A DNA stretch of 64,000 nt from Callorhinchus milii (GCF_018977255.1 NW_024704742.1:17920001-17984000), one strand, 5' to 3'; positions 12,689-26,345 are shown, counted from the stretch's first letter. Translations and numbers: made by a program. Notes: generated by a model from the letters alone, not told the origin.

Positions 12689-14008
12689 CTGACTGGAACT
12701 GCAAGTTCAGCCTAGAGTATCACCTCTCATGTGTAGGAAACAATTATAGGGTGAGATCACAGGAGAGAGGCAAGGCAAAAGAACATATGGTCGTTCCCTG
12801 ACACGAGTTATCTTAATAAAAAAGGACGGATTGGGGAATTTTAAAACTTGTCTGGGGATAGGATCTAGACAGCGTTGAAAGAGTTTACAGAACATACCAA
12901 TAAGAAACTTCAGGAAAATATCTGATAATTGACGAAGACCAAAGACCAACCAAATTAAACCTTGACTGATCCCACAAATAATGTCACTGTCACAACCTTT
13001 TTGTCATAAGTGTTACAAATTCCTACAAGAAATAACCGAAGAGAGAAAAATAAGGTTCACAATTTTCAAATTTTACGACTAACCCAAAGTCTGGTAATAT
13101 CCCAGAAATTACTTCATGGTTGAATAAGTCAAAATACTGTATCTACACAAGGGTCGTGTGGTTTAAAGCAATGTTTGAGAGAGCATAGTGAAGGACAAAT
13201 GAAATGCACCACCATTTGATTTTTATTGGAATGTAAATTGAGTGCACTGAATGACACCCATTTTTCTAAGTGGCCACTTTCCATCTCTTTCCCCATATCT
13301 CTTAATGTTTGTTTTGCTAATGTAGTGCGTCACAGAATGTTACAAAATTTGTTTTTTGATTGAACAAAAGGCACTTAAATTGCAGTAGTTTCTGATACAT
13401 TCAAGTTTGTATTTTCTCCAACAGAGTGTGTCAATTGGGAAAGTAAATTGATATTTCAAAGAGACTGGCGATGTGGAAAATTAAATGTTACTTTGGTACT
13501 CTTCTGGGACTGGGGTTAACAGACACCTGCTGGGCATCTAATGCTAGAACTGAATTGGAAATGGTTGACACTGACTTTGACAAGGCAGGCATGTTTTGAC
13601 AGTTGTTCTGGGTAAACCCAGAATGCTGTAGACCACTAGATCATCAAGCCAGCTGGTACATCACAAGTAAAGGTAAAGGTCCTGTAAAGGTCTTCCTACC
13701 ACATTGAAGGTAGATGTCCATCAGTTAGTTGATGAGGCAACTCTGAGGGTTGCGATGACAGCTGCTGGAAGTTATTACCTGAAGTCTGAGTTTGTGAACA
13801 TACATTTATACATCCAGCGCTTGATTGGAAATGCAGAGAGGTAAGAATCTGCTGCTTAAGCTCTGTACCTCCAACTTGTGGAATCGTTGCTCATTGGAAA
13901 GGATGTGTGTCCCAGCTGCAGGCAGCGGCTGGTGGCAATGCTCTCACACGTTTGATTTTATATCCATTAATATAAAATATGAACATCAATTAATGAGAAT
14001 AAACTATA

Positions 14009-14320
14009 TGGAGTTCTGTAGCTCAGTAGTTAGAGCACTTGCCTCGCAAGCGAGAGACCTGGGTTCGTTTCCCGGAAGGGCAAAACCTTGGGCAAGTTTC
14101 CTTACTCCACACACCTAATAATAATCCCTCAAGAAAAAAAAACAATAATAATTTGGTCACTCAATCCAGGACTGTTTATGGGACACTGTTGTGTGCAATT
14201 GGCTGCCGCGTTTTGCCCACAAACATACGGTCAATTCACTTTACAGTATATTCTGTGCAGTGCTTTGAGACGTCTAGAAGACGTGAAAAGCACTATATCA
14301 AATGCAAGGATTATTATTAT
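14009..14320 (+). mobile_element. Full-length tRNA-derived SINE
   Basis: ggagttctgtagctcagtagttagagc head, shared body, (ATT)n tail. Confidence 0.95.
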
Positions 14321-16521
14321 CTATGGCATAATAATATTGTCCCTTAAAATGAAATATTATTGCCCCTTAAAATAGATGGATTTCTTAAAATTCACAAATC
14401 ACAAAGATCTTCAAAAATATTGAAACGTTTAGGGAAACAATAGATGGTATAACAAGATTTAACCAGCAGGGAGCAGCAATATACTCTACGGATAACACCA
14501 GGAAAAGAACACACCACTTCTAAAACCTAGGAGGAGTGCTCAAGCAGAGAGCAAACCTGACAAATGTCACTGATTAAAAGTGTCACACAATCAATAACTA
14601 CTTTCAAGTAAATTATTCATCTTTATAGATATATATATATGTAGAGAGAGAGAGTTCTGCTGTTCACAAGCTGTGTCTAACATTAGAAAGCAAAGGCAAG
14701 CTTGATATCTAGCAGGACTGCTCCACCTAGTTTGGCTTTGATTTACAGCATTCAGGACACTATCATGTCAATGTCCAATGGTAATAATTTATAATCCCTC
14801 CAACCTCTATTTCTTTCTAGCTGTTGACAGCTACAGTAAAACCTGGAATCACTTTACATCCTTTTGTGCTATTAGTACCATCTGAATGTGTGCAGGCAAG
14901 AGAAGAGTCACATTTTTCTGAAATGGATCAGCTCTGCACATTCAGATTGTCCCTATTATTTCTGCAAGTGTACTGATCCAACCTGGTCAATATGGATCAC
15001 ATTCAGTTAGAAACCTATCCCTCTCTATGGGGAATGGGCAGGGTAAGCAGTTGCTGCTGAAGAAAACTATGTTGAATCTGTGGTTGATATAATTAGCGAC
15101 CTTGCTGGTGTGGAATTCAAGTGGTCTGAGATGCTACCTTGTGTGAGGGGCACTATATAAATGCAGGTTGTTGGAATAAGGGTATCCAATTATAAGTGAA
15201 CACTATCAGGGTCAGTAACTTTATGACCATTGGGAATATGCTCCTTTAAGTATAAGCAGCATTGGCTATAGCTTCCTTAATCCTGGGGAATCCATACAAA
15301 ACAGCTTTAAATGTGGTCCAATGCATCTATGCACATTCTTGCCAACACAGAAACTACATAACGCATATCCCTCTTGTCACGCGGACCAAATTATAGAACG
15401 TATGGCTGCAGTACTGTTTGTCATGATATTTTATTCTATTAAATACATTTTTTTATTTGTTTGAAAGATGACTGCAGTTTTCTCTAGGGTAAATAAAACC
15501 ATTAACTTTGTGAGTCACAACACGATCCAAATATCAGATCTATCATTTGCTTTGGCTAAAACTGTTAATGGTAGTCCATCTGCTTTTCCATTACACAGAG
15601 CAGTAATAGTAATCAAGTGGGTAAATTACTTTGGGTCTGTTTACATAATTATTGTGTTAACAGTATTAAGATTGAAGGTTATCAAACCGAATTAGACTTG
15701 AAATTTTTTTCCGCTTGCTAATGATTGAAGAAAAAAAAAGTATCATATTGACTTATCTTGTTTCCCTGAATGTCAGTGATCTACACTCAAAGCTCTGGAC
15801 CTTTTATTGAGTTGTAATGCTGTGTTTGTACGATTAACAGAGAAGCTGCTTCACTCCCAGCAGTGGAGTGTAGAGTGAACCCTGATATTTTACCTCCTGT
15901 TCTGAATCAGGGCTATGAAAAAACAACCATGCAACATCTATGCAGAATACCAACGTGTTTTACTATTGCTGAAGTGGTAGTTGCATGATCAGCCTTTACC
16001 AACATTAAAAAGAAGTTCTTGTTGAAAGTAAGACCCCAGAAGTTCAATGCACCATCTGGGAACTTTCTGCAATCAAATGGAGAAGTCAGCCCAGGGTGAA
16101 TCACGCCAGTTGTATTTGTACTGTTGGCAAGCACAAATTCCCTCTTCCTGAGACTAACTCCTCCAATGTCAGATCCGGGTTCATTGTGACTTAATATGTA
16201 CTGTATCTTTGGAACTACATCAATTTGCCAGCACACTCGCAGTATAAACAGGGTATCACTGAAAATAAGCAAGTTGACCTACCGTATAAATTGGAATGAT
16301 TTTCCCAAGCTATCCTGCCAAGTAGCTTGGATGGATGCACAATCATTAGTGCTTGCAGAGTTGAAATAAACACAATATCGATCACTCACAAATAAATCTT
16401 GCAGCCATCTCACACGGTGGACACCGCACAAGATGAAAGGAAAAAAATCTTTCTTTTTGCCAAAAGAAAATATAAAATATAAAATTTTATCGGTGCTTCA
16501 CTCACACTGGAGCGTTCTTAC

Positions 16522-16602
16522 CTCCAGTCTGGTTCTGTCCACATCTTTTGGAAGTTTGACACGAGCTTTCAAAGTAACAGCTAACATTTCATAAGGATAA
16601 AC
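16522..16602 (-). CDS. ablim2: ablim2 exon, 81 nt (villin headpiece N-part): VYPYEMLAVTLKARVKLPKDVDRTRLE
   Basis: gttgcag|GTT...GAG|gtaag; headpiece motif YPYE.L....KLPKDVDRTRLE. Confidence 0.96.
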
Positions 16603-17297
16603 CTGCAACAAATAAAAGAACCTTAACGGTTGGATACATTTGATTAGTCTCCACATCCTTCATTTTGGACAATAAGGTTTGGATTACAGTTATTTTCTGT
16701 CATCTTCAACCCATTTCTTCTTTTATTCCTAGGAATTCTACTGGGGGAGTCTTGGAGTGTTGGCTTATTGGCCTTCAATGACAGTGTAGAATTGTTTAAA
16801 AAAGTAAGGGAGCTGTTTACTGTTCACATCTGTCTATCGCAACTATTTATCAGGTTAGGGCAGCTTCCCTTCCCCCAGATTGTCTCCCCTTATTGCTCCC
16901 TTTGAGGCTGAATTATAACCAAACCATTAGTTTTTCAACCAAATATGACACAGGCTTGCTCTAAGTGGTCATTCTCAGCTGTTCCATTCAGGGGAAGACA
17001 ATGAGCAGAAATTTAGAGCATTGAAAAGAAGTGGTTCACTCCAGATCAGAGGCATTCAAGCCTGTCCATGACAGGAAATCCACATTTAACACAATTACCA
17101 GGTACAGCATGCTTTTGCATTAAATATCAATATCATGCATGCATGCTCTACATTTAGTAGTCTTTGTACATAAATGAAATGCCCTCACCGTTCAACACAG
17201 AAAAAAGAACACAAAGGAAATAAGACAGAAATGTTAACCTGCTCAGGTGCGCAATGGTAGGACTCAAGTTTATTAACCTGAGTCACGTCCTTCTTAC

Positions 17298-17305
17298 CTT
17301 GTATT
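17298..17305 (-). CDS. ablim2: ablim2 8-nt microexon AATACAAG (completes E, then Y, K)
   Basis: ttttccttcctctttgcag|AATACAAG|gtaag; needed to restore frame (phase 1 to 0) and gives SWGMR-EYK-VYPY. Confidence 0.92.
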
Positions 17306-17451
17306 CTGCAAAGAGGAAGGAAAAGAGAGTATTGAATTTCAGTGATATTGTAAGACTTCTTTTAAAACAACAAACAAATTACTCAAAAGATTAGTTATGA
17401 GTAAATTTGCACATTACTGTGCTGGCAAAAGTGCTAAAAATGGTTCCTCAC

Positions 17452-17503
17452 CTCGCATTCCCCAACTGGTATCGTGATCTGACTCGTAGTGGGGAAAATC
17501 TGC
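17452..17503 (-). CDS. ablim2: ablim2 exon, 52 nt: ADFPHYESDHDTSWGMR
   Basis: ccactag|GCA...CGAG|gtgagg; SWGMR motif; phase 0 to 1. Confidence 0.92.
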
Positions 17504-19263
17504 CTAGTGGAGAGGGAACACTAGAATAAATGTCTGAGAAACATTTACTGACACCACAAACTACATTATGGGGTGGGTGAATTCAGGCACTGTTCACGAG
17601 ATGAGGCATAATTACAAGTGTACGAGGAGAACTTCTCTACAGCGAGCCAATGATGACTCCTCCGCCCCATAAGTGGCTTCTTATTATACCTGCAAAGTTC
17701 CATTTTTTACTATGTTTATTGTACTTCATTATATATTCAAGTCAGTTTCTAGGAACCAAAGTTCAGCATTCACCTCTGGATACAGAGAGGTACCAGCCTT
17801 TACATGTGGTGTATGTGCTGCGGTCTTCAGTCACTGAAACCAAGAAGGTCTGACATTCAATCCCTGGTTTGTGTTGAGTTACTTGATTCAGTCGGGACTT
17901 TGCTCGTGGAACAGAACGGGGTTTATAAGGAACATCAATAAGCAGGATTGTGGTCCTGACACAGTAATCTTTCCCCCGACTTTGGACACAGTGCTCTCAG
18001 AACTGTTGTCTACTCTCAGTTGTGCAGAGCTATATGATAACACAGAATTGTCACTGACTTGAGACCCATTTGGCTTTATCTCTACTCTTCCCATACAATT
18101 CACCGTTGGTGGAAGACATCAGTTTAAGTTGTCCACTTGAAGGAACACAACAACAGTGTCTGTTGAATCACGAGTGTCCATAAGCAACCTCCAAGAATAG
18201 TTGATATGTGTCCTACTATGCATATATATCTTTTCACTCTAGACCGCATCCACTTGGATGTAAAATGACATGGAGTTATATAATATTAAAGAGCAAGAAA
18301 AGTAGGCGACTATATCCAGTCTTTGCAGAAGATTTATGCACCAGGCTTAAGTAACCAATTCAAAGCATAATCATCTCTTTCTGGACAAGCACTTCCATCA
18401 ATGCTCCTCAACCAGTCAGTTGATAAAGATGTTCTTCCTATTTCATTCGCTCCACACTCTCTATATGGGATACATACTGTTGTTACCTAATAGTATGGAA
18501 ATGGCAAGTTTCTTCCTGAAAACCGGCAAAGAACAGCCATAAAGAATCTTTCTGTTTACTGGGCTTTTGTTCATGCTGAAACTGGGAGAGAGAGAAATGT
18601 GTTTCCTCCCCAACAAAGATCATTTAATTCTCATAATACTCAGCTTTCAGCTTTGGATCCTGGCTTAATTTCTCGAGTATGTGAACAATTCTTGCCAGCA
18701 GGGGATTGCAGAATACTCTATAGATACCATGGTATTTATTTTAAGTAGCATCATTTCCACTGGTTTGCAGCAGGTTTATTGTATCTCATTTCAATAAATA
18801 AAAGCAGCGATCTCCCAGAGCCAAACACAGTGTCCTATGGGATAAAACTACTACAGTTTGTAATTTTGTTAAAAAAATGTCAAACATCAAACATCTTCCA
18901 GACTGTGATATTGGTCCTACATACTGTACTAGTGCCTTAGGATGTCCTCCTGATATGATTTAAATGTGTGCAACCTTTAAAAGTGTACATTTGTTGTTGT
19001 ATGTACATGATTTACTATATATTCCCACTGACAATATAGTTAATGGACACTGTATTAATAGGAACTAGACTGTTTTCTTTGCAAAAGGCTACTGCTGTAC
19101 AGTGATCTCCAAATTGGAAAGGTGTAGAGTTTGTCCGTATTAAAACAAAGCACTGAACTTCCAGGGGGTTTCATTCAGTGCTTATGCAAATCAATTAATA
19201 TTCTAGTCATTTGAGGGTAATAATTTACGCTATATTTTATTTTTAAATGTAAATCTCCTTTAC

Positions 19264-19322
19264 CTTGTGTAATCCATTTTTTCCATAACCGGGAAGGGAA
19301 GCGGATTTGGAGTGAGGGATTC
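19264..19322 (-). CDS. ablim2: ablim2 exon, 59 nt: RIPHSKSASLPGYGKNGLHK
   Basis: gttacag|GA...AAG|gtaaa; SKSASLPGYGxNGL motif; phase 1 to 0. Confidence 0.95.
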
Positions 19323-19409
19323 CTGTAACAAAGCAAGCTTGATTTAGTCAACCAGGGCACCACTACTTGCTTTAATTTAGATCTCAAGAGGTTAAACCCC
19401 ATTTCATGA

Positions 19410-19545
19410 GATTTGTGCGCAATTGGCTACCTTGTTTCTCCCATAAAACACAGTCATTATACTTTACAGTATATTCTGTGAAGCGCTTTGAGACGTCTCA
19501 AAGACGTGTTAATGCGCTGTATCAAATGCAAGGATTATTATTATT
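19410..19545 (+). mobile_element. SINE 3' fragment
   Basis: gtgcgcaattggct...tcaaatgcaaggattattattatt. Confidence 0.85.
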
Positions 19546-19656
19546 TAGATGGGCAAAGGAGTAACTTGTTTGCCCTCCATTAGATATACTTAATAAAATC
19601 TTTTGCCTGTGAAAGTACTAAAGGGGATTAAATTGTCAATTGCAGAATGCACTCAC

Positions 19657-19801
19657 TTGTTCGAAACAGTGAGTCACTGCTTGACCTTTGCAGTGGTTCT
19701 CTATCAGCAGCAGGGCTTCGAGATGATGATTTAGGGTCCAGATCAAAGCTGTCAGCCCTGGCTTCCATCTCTCCCTTCAGGTTAAACCAACTTGCCTTCA
19801 C
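19657..19801 (-). CDS. ablim2: ablim2 exon, 145 nt: VKASWFNLKGEMEARADSFDLDPKSSSRSPAADREPLQRSSSDSLFRT
   Basis: accgtag|GTG...ACAA|gtgagt; phase 0 to 1; SW..LKG and DRxPLQR resemble ABLIM2. Confidence 0.92.
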
Positions 19802-21379
19802 CTACGGTAAAGTACAAACACATGGAAATGATTGTTGGAAGTCAGTACTAATGCTGTGCCCAATGACCTAGAAACAGATGGAATCTGATCAGATTTCTCT
19901 AGGTTGTTTTGTTGTGAAGCATCTGAACAAATTCTAATCTGTTTCTTTCTTATAATAGTTCTGCTGTAATTGTGCAAAAAAGCCTGCAATCTTGCCTCAA
20001 ATTCTAATTGAACTCATTTGATGTGCAACATTTTCAAGACTCTGCAAGAATGAGAGCAATACAAAATGCCTGTTCCACTGAATAAATTACTTACCAAGTT
20101 CGCTGACCATTTTATTTTCCAGTAATCAGAATGAATTGTTATTTGATCAACTCAGAGTAATTATAAAGCGTTCATTAATCCTTTGGATTACATCATTAAT
20201 CAATTATACAGCATGCACAAATTGCTGAGGTCTACCATGGCATCTGCCATTATTGGGATATTCTTTACTATTCACTAATTTATAGTAATTAATATTCATC
20301 ACTGTTAATATGAAATTATATGATCAATATATTATTTAGAGAATAATAAATGCCCTTGAATAATGACAAAGCAGTAATCTGGATCACTGTAGGTTCATTT
20401 AAACGAACATCAAGTGTGAAGTCCCTTTATATACCTGCCTTAGCATTTTGTATATAAAATAACAGTATTCTATTGCCAATAGAACTCCAAATCAAATTAT
20501 ACTTTGTATAATTCATCAGCGAATAGTGACTAGTGCACACTTAAATGCACTTGATCTAATGCAGCTCTTTTTGATTTAAATGAACATAGAACGGAAAGAT
20601 TCATGGCCATCAGCTCTGAACATAATATTTCTCATCCTACACCCAAAGTTAAGCCAGATTAGTGGAAGACCTGGGCTACTAATATCATAAAGTTATTTTC
20701 CAAAAATTAGCTGCGGCTGCTTGTGCGTAAACAAATAAGATTTAAAAAATTAGTTTTAAAAGCTGGCAAAAGAATTCCAACATTTCCTGAATAATTAAAG
20801 GTCAGGTTAATTCTTTTGAATTGGCTCATAACTTTGAATGTTGGCTGAAACCAGCTCTTCCATTCCCAGGAATAGATCCACATTCATACACCTCAGGAGC
20901 TGTGTGGGTCAAACATTGCTCTGAGAGTTGAAAAATGCTAAAGACTATTGATTGACAGCCTTGTGCAATGGTTTCCTGACTGTTCTTGTGGTTGACCTTC
21001 TTATGCTGTTCTTGGAACTTCAAACACTTTCCGAATGTCTTCAAGGTCAAGTTCTCTCCAAGAATCACTGATTAGGTCATATCAGCTTTGTATGCTATTT
21101 GGCACAGAAGTTTTCGGTTCCTCTGCTTTCCAACTACACTGCTTGACATTGCGGGGAAGCCTCAGACAAGTGGCTAAGTACCTTCTGTGTCACGTATGGA
21201 GTGCGGTTGGAGGGGGGGAGAGTAGAATTGTGGTTATTGCCTTTGTTCAGAGAGATGCTAAGCTAGTGACAGAGGATAACTATCAAGCTGACTTAAAATA
21301 TGTGCTTAGTTTTACATGTTATTGGGCCAGATGTAAGTTGAAGATGTACCGCCAACTCTGAAGCCTGGGAGCAGATCTA

Positions 21380-21990
21380 TAACACAACTGATGGGATTGA
21401 ATCAATAAAGGATGATGCAACCATTGATTTCTTTTGTGGTGGAGGTCATAAATAAACTGAAGTTGGATCCATCTCGCTATGAAATGAGTACTTGTTAAAG
21501 TAACTGAAGAAAGAACAATTAGTTGACAGCAGAATATCTTAAAGATGTGTCTGTCCCCTCTATAGAGGCACTGGGAGCTGCTGCCAATTCAGATCATGGT
21601 GAAGCACATGAATTGACTGAGAGGGTCATTTGGGAGATTCAGGCAATAACAGTAGAACACATTCATTCATAAGGATTCATGGCTCGGAGTATAGATCCTA
21701 AATCATTCTTTCACCGGCTGAAGTCCCCCATCCATCATGGGTGAATGGTGTCCTCTGGAGTTTTGCACAAGAAAGATGAATTAGTTGTCCTGCAACAGAC
21801 CTATAACAGTATCCTTGGGGTCTGGAGCAAGCATTGCACTCATCTGGTGCTCATTCTGACAGAATATAGTTGGTGAGCCAGTGAAATGCGTGTGAGCAGG
21901 TGGAAGACCTTAATCACCCTGTTTGCATGGAAGAAGTGGATTCCACGCCTCATCTCCTGTCTAATATTTAAGGTGTTAGGAGCACAGGAA
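21380..21990 (-). mobile_element. Possible very old LINE endonuclease relic
   Basis: Minus strand reads ILL*VCCRTTNS then MGDFS, echoing the GVCYRPPNS/MGDFN motifs of APE endonucleases; heavily decayed, boundaries uncertain. Confidence 0.3.
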
Positions 21991-23789
21991 AACAAGAAAA
22001 AGAGATGGTCACTCAGCCCACCAAGTCTGCTCCACCGAGCAGATCTTTTCAATAGTACCTCACAGAATACCAACTTTTTCATGTTACATGGAGGATGGGT
22101 CAATGCAATGCCTGCAGAAGTGAAAGTTGAAAGACATTCGGCTCATCCTTCCTATGTCGGCTTCAACTTCAGTAATTATGTGTGTGGGATACATACCTTA
22201 TTCAAATGCCGAAGTTCCCAGTTGCATAATGGTGCAGAGACAATATAAATAAGAAGTCTTTGGACAAAGATCCCTGGTTGGGGTGCACCAGCCAAAACAC
22301 AACAGGGCAATTGATGCTTCCTTGATAAACGTTATCAGTATGAGATCAATCCATTCTTTTCCCAGTCTTGATTTTTCTTATGTTTTGCAATGTTCTCCCT
22401 TTTTTAGCTGGATAGTGTCCCATGACTGCTAGTATCTCACCCAGATGGTCATTTTTCACATTTGAGCCCAGACAATGAGGGTTGAAAAGCAATCCTCTAT
22501 CCTCAAACATACTTGTCACCTGCATTTATATAACACTGGCCAGAGTTTGAGTGGCACCTAAACCAATTAGGCCACCAAAGGAGCTGGTAAGGGGTTTTAA
22601 CCATACCTCTGTCAATGACATTGCTGGTGCCTCACAGACACGTTCTAGGATTTATTGCAATAATTGCCAATACTGTCAGAATAATTCCAATAAGTCATTC
22701 TAACAGTATTTTAAGTCTTATCCTTATAACTGGACACAAAATGCTCACTGTGTTTATATTCTGATCACTATACGATCGTAAAATAGATATGAGGTCCAAA
22801 ATTTCATCTGCAAGACCATTTCTTCTTTTTTTATTCCTTCTCTCTTGTTTTCCCTCTTTCAGGTCAAGCAAAATTCATAAATTAAAGTTGTAATTTGGAG
22901 ATGGCTTCAAAAATAAGACTGAATTTAAGAATTTTCCACAATTCTGCATCATCTTAAATTTTAAGACAAAGTTGTCATAAAGAATAGGGCTTGGTGGAAT
23001 TTCAGGTCTGTGTTCAAAGAAAATTTAGTTGTTTTAAAAAACAAACAAAAATTAACAAACATCTTACATTCACAGTGATAAAGAATAGCAAATATAATGT
23101 GAACTTCTCTGACAGAATCTCACAGGATCCAATTCATTATGTTGAATTATATGTTCCATTGAACTATTTAGGCCTGAAGGGTTTAATTGTGCATCAAAAA
23201 ATGATCCACTGTGATGTGTCATGAAAAACATATTTACTATTTCAGCTACTTCATGTACTTAATTATGCCAGTAAATTGTTGGAGATGAAATGGTATATCT
23301 TTGCTGCAGTATATTCAAATTAGCTGAATTTTGTTTGAAGGCCTGGTGTGTTTAACATGATTAATGGAAAATTCTCTCCTTAGGGAAATTGGAACTCGTG
23401 GACCTGGTATATTTTGCTTTTTTTGAGAATAATTCCAAGCTTGCATGCTTATAACAATAACAATAACAACACCACCTGTATATAACACTCTTCACATTTT
23501 ACAGATATGATGGAACGAGGGAGACCGAGGATGAGTGCATTTCAAAAATTCAGGAAATAATGAAGGTGTGAATAAATGTGTTGTCAATATTTATTGTGAC
23601 ATGGGGCAGAGGTGGACGATGTGGTGACAAAAAGTAGTCTTGGTGAGAGTCTTATGTGAGGCAGAAAGGAAATTGGAGATTGAACAAGATGCAAGCTTGT
23701 GCTCTTGTTCAGTGTGGCTTAGTGTGCTTAATGGCCCTCTGTTAATCCTATGTTACTACATAACTTTTACTGTGAATGCTCATACTCTT

Positions 23790-24078
23790 ATTTCTTTTGG
23801 CTAACTGGGTGTCTGACACATGCGGAAACCCATCACGATGCTTAAGTATCCAATAGTTCCACATCTGTATGCCACCTACACCTGGAAATTTCGCTGTGTC
23901 TGGAATAACACTCTCCCTGAAGGCACGTACCCTGCTTATCTAATACCGAAAAGTATTAGGCACAGATTGGTGAGTGACAGGGCTTGGGGACCCAAAAGTG
24001 TGAATAGGGTTACTGCTGGAGTTTAAGGACAGTGTATCCCGTCAAGGCTTTGGCTTGCAGGGTTAGCAGTAGTTGAGT
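23790..24078 (-). repeat. Unclassified dispersed repeat, copy C
   Basis: ggaaacccatcacgatgcttaag...ggcttgggga...ggctttggcttgcagggtta shared with copy D. Confidence 0.8.
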
Positions 24079-24183
24079 AGCAAGAATGTGGAGTCCACCA
24101 CAATGGGTCGACCGACTTGCATTCTATCATCAAGCACATCATCCACCCCACTCTGGAAAAGATCTGTGATTTCATGGTCTTAC

Positions 24184-24266
24184 CTTGTTGCCCTCTTGAT
24201 CCCAATAAACATGACCTTCCTGCTCATCCTTGTCTTCCATCCACAATCCTCTGCTTCGCCAGTCAC
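24184..24266 (-). CDS. ablim2: ablim2 exon, 83 nt (divergent): GDWRSRGLWMEDKDEQEGHVYWDQEGNK
   Basis: ttatagtag|GT...AAG|gtaaga. It is the only open phase 1 to 0 candidate I found to join the exons at 28506 and 19801. Protein similarity is weak (DQEGNK vs recalled DQDNRK). Confidence 0.75.
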
Positions 24267-25769
24267 CTACTATAACATATTGCTGTTACTGTTAGAAACT
24301 GAGCTTGTCAGAATTCTGACTCCTATATTTCACTTTGCTGAACTGCTGATAAGAGATAGTACTCTTGTATAAATCCTCAATCCTTGTTGCAAATTAGTGC
24401 AGCCCTAAATAGTTGAACTGCAGGCTGATAAACTACATTTTTTTTGCAAAACTGACAATGTACAATGAATTGCTTTCAGTTCTTTGACAGATTATTTCTC
24501 TCAAACCTCTTGCTCATGAAATTAAGTTCTAGAGGCGGATTCTCTGACTCTTGATAAACCTGCGTGGGCAAGCTCTTCCGTTGCTTCATTAGTCAGTATA
24601 TTTACCAGCATTGCTGATTTTCCCATTAGAACTTAATGGTTCTAAATCTCCTAAATCAATACATTTACTTACAGGAATCATTATTTGGTTTTATAGACCC
24701 CAATACCTGTCTCATGTTCCAGAAAGAGATTAAAACAGTAATTTGTTGGGGGTTGGGGGAATGACATTTGTGCATTGTGCAATTATTCCAAATGTTAGAA
24801 TAAGTATTAAAATGATCGCTCCAATGGGATTGCATCCTAACAGAGGTATTCCATTGAAAATGTTGCAAAAAAAAGCCTTAGGGGTGACAAGAATTTGCTG
24901 TCAAAAGGAAAGTTTCTTCTGCTGACAAAATAATGTACTAGAAAAGATGAGTCCATTGCAAAAGAATATCCTATGTTTACTGAGATTTTCCATTGGGCTT
25001 AAATGGGTATTAAATATTCTGTCCTAAACGTTTTTGTAGTAGGTTTTTTTTTAAAAAAATCTTTACACAAATGACTGCGATGTGTTGGGACAGATGAATG
25101 TTTCCTTCAGTTTGGTTTCCCCAATTGGAGGAAATCCTGGCACTGATTCCGCTCTGTTTTGTGGTCAGGAATAGTTACTGTGCACTTAACATTCATGATT
25201 GTTGACAAGAGAGCCAGACAGCCCAGCCACGGCATGTAACGGAGCTGCTCTGAGCAGCCTGTTCTAACTAAAATCTCTCCTTGTTAGGAACAGGTGCAAC
25301 TGGATTGCTGGGTCTGAATCCACACATTGGGACTCGGGGTTCTCACATTTCTTAAAGGAGTCGATCCCCCCTCGTGACCCCTAATCAGCCCCCGCAAGAA
25401 TATTTTTCACCCGCCGCCTATGCCTTCAAGGCTCATGCTATCCCTTACAAAATGCCCAGAATCAATCTTTACACTACATCCTGTGAAACACTTTGAAATC
25501 CCTCGACAACGTGGTGAGGCGCTATATCAAATGCAAGCATTATTATGTGATGTGTCTGATTCATGATAACAATCGTGAAAATAAGCCAGCAAGATAGGAA
25601 TCCAGAATGAATGAAAACACCTTTTGAGAAAAGGCCCATCAGACCATCAAGCCCACCACCTGCTCAGTGCACAACAAATTACAGATATCATTCCACTCTT
25701 TCTCCTGGAGGAAGCTCAAGCTTTACCAATGAGCTTAAGTGAGGAGAATGGGAAGACTAAGTGCACCTT

Positions 25770-25980
25770 GATACAATACAAATTTACATATTTATTATAG
25801 TGCCTTTCACATTTGGAGGTCATCCCAAGGTGCTGGACAGTCCAAGGTTTGCACCTGAGCATGAGGTAGTCAGGGGCGAGGGGATTGAGATTTGGGGGAA
25901 TGGTCAAAAATGGGATCAAAGAGAACGATCTTGAGATGGACTTTGAAGGAAGTGAGAGAAAACATGAATGCTTGATCATT
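25770..25980 (-). mobile_element. L2 3' end fragment
   Basis: TVQHLGMT..CERHY-type tail sequence shared with other L2 ends. Confidence 0.7.
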
Positions 25981-26014
25981 TCCTGGATAGGCAGGGAAGA
26001 AATAATAGAGTAAT

Positions 26015-26345
26015 ATAGAATCTTACAGCACAGAAGGAGACCATTTGGCCAATCATGCCTGTGCTGGCTCTTGGAAAGAGCTACTAACTAGTCCCACTCC
26101 CCCGCTTTTACCCCATAGCCCTGCAAATTTTTCCTTTTCAGGTACCTATCCAATTCCCTTTTGAAAACTGCTGTTGAATCTGCCTCCACCATCCTTTCAG
26201 GGAGTGCATTCCAGATTGTAACAACTCTCTTGGTAAAAAAATGTCTCCTTGTCTCCCCTCTGGGTCTTTAGCAATTATAATAAATCTATGTCCTCTGATT
26301 ACCGACCTAGCCACCAGAGGAAACTGTTTCTCCCTATATACTCTA
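26015..26345 (-). mobile_element. CR1 LINE 3' fragment
   Basis: REKQFPLVARSVIRGHRF ORF2 C-terminal remnant and CR1-type tail. Confidence 0.85.

Noticed and set aside
22815..22870. Strong plus-strand polypyrimidine tract and cag suggesting an antisense gene
   Set aside because: No supporting ORF, donor or other plus-strand exons were found
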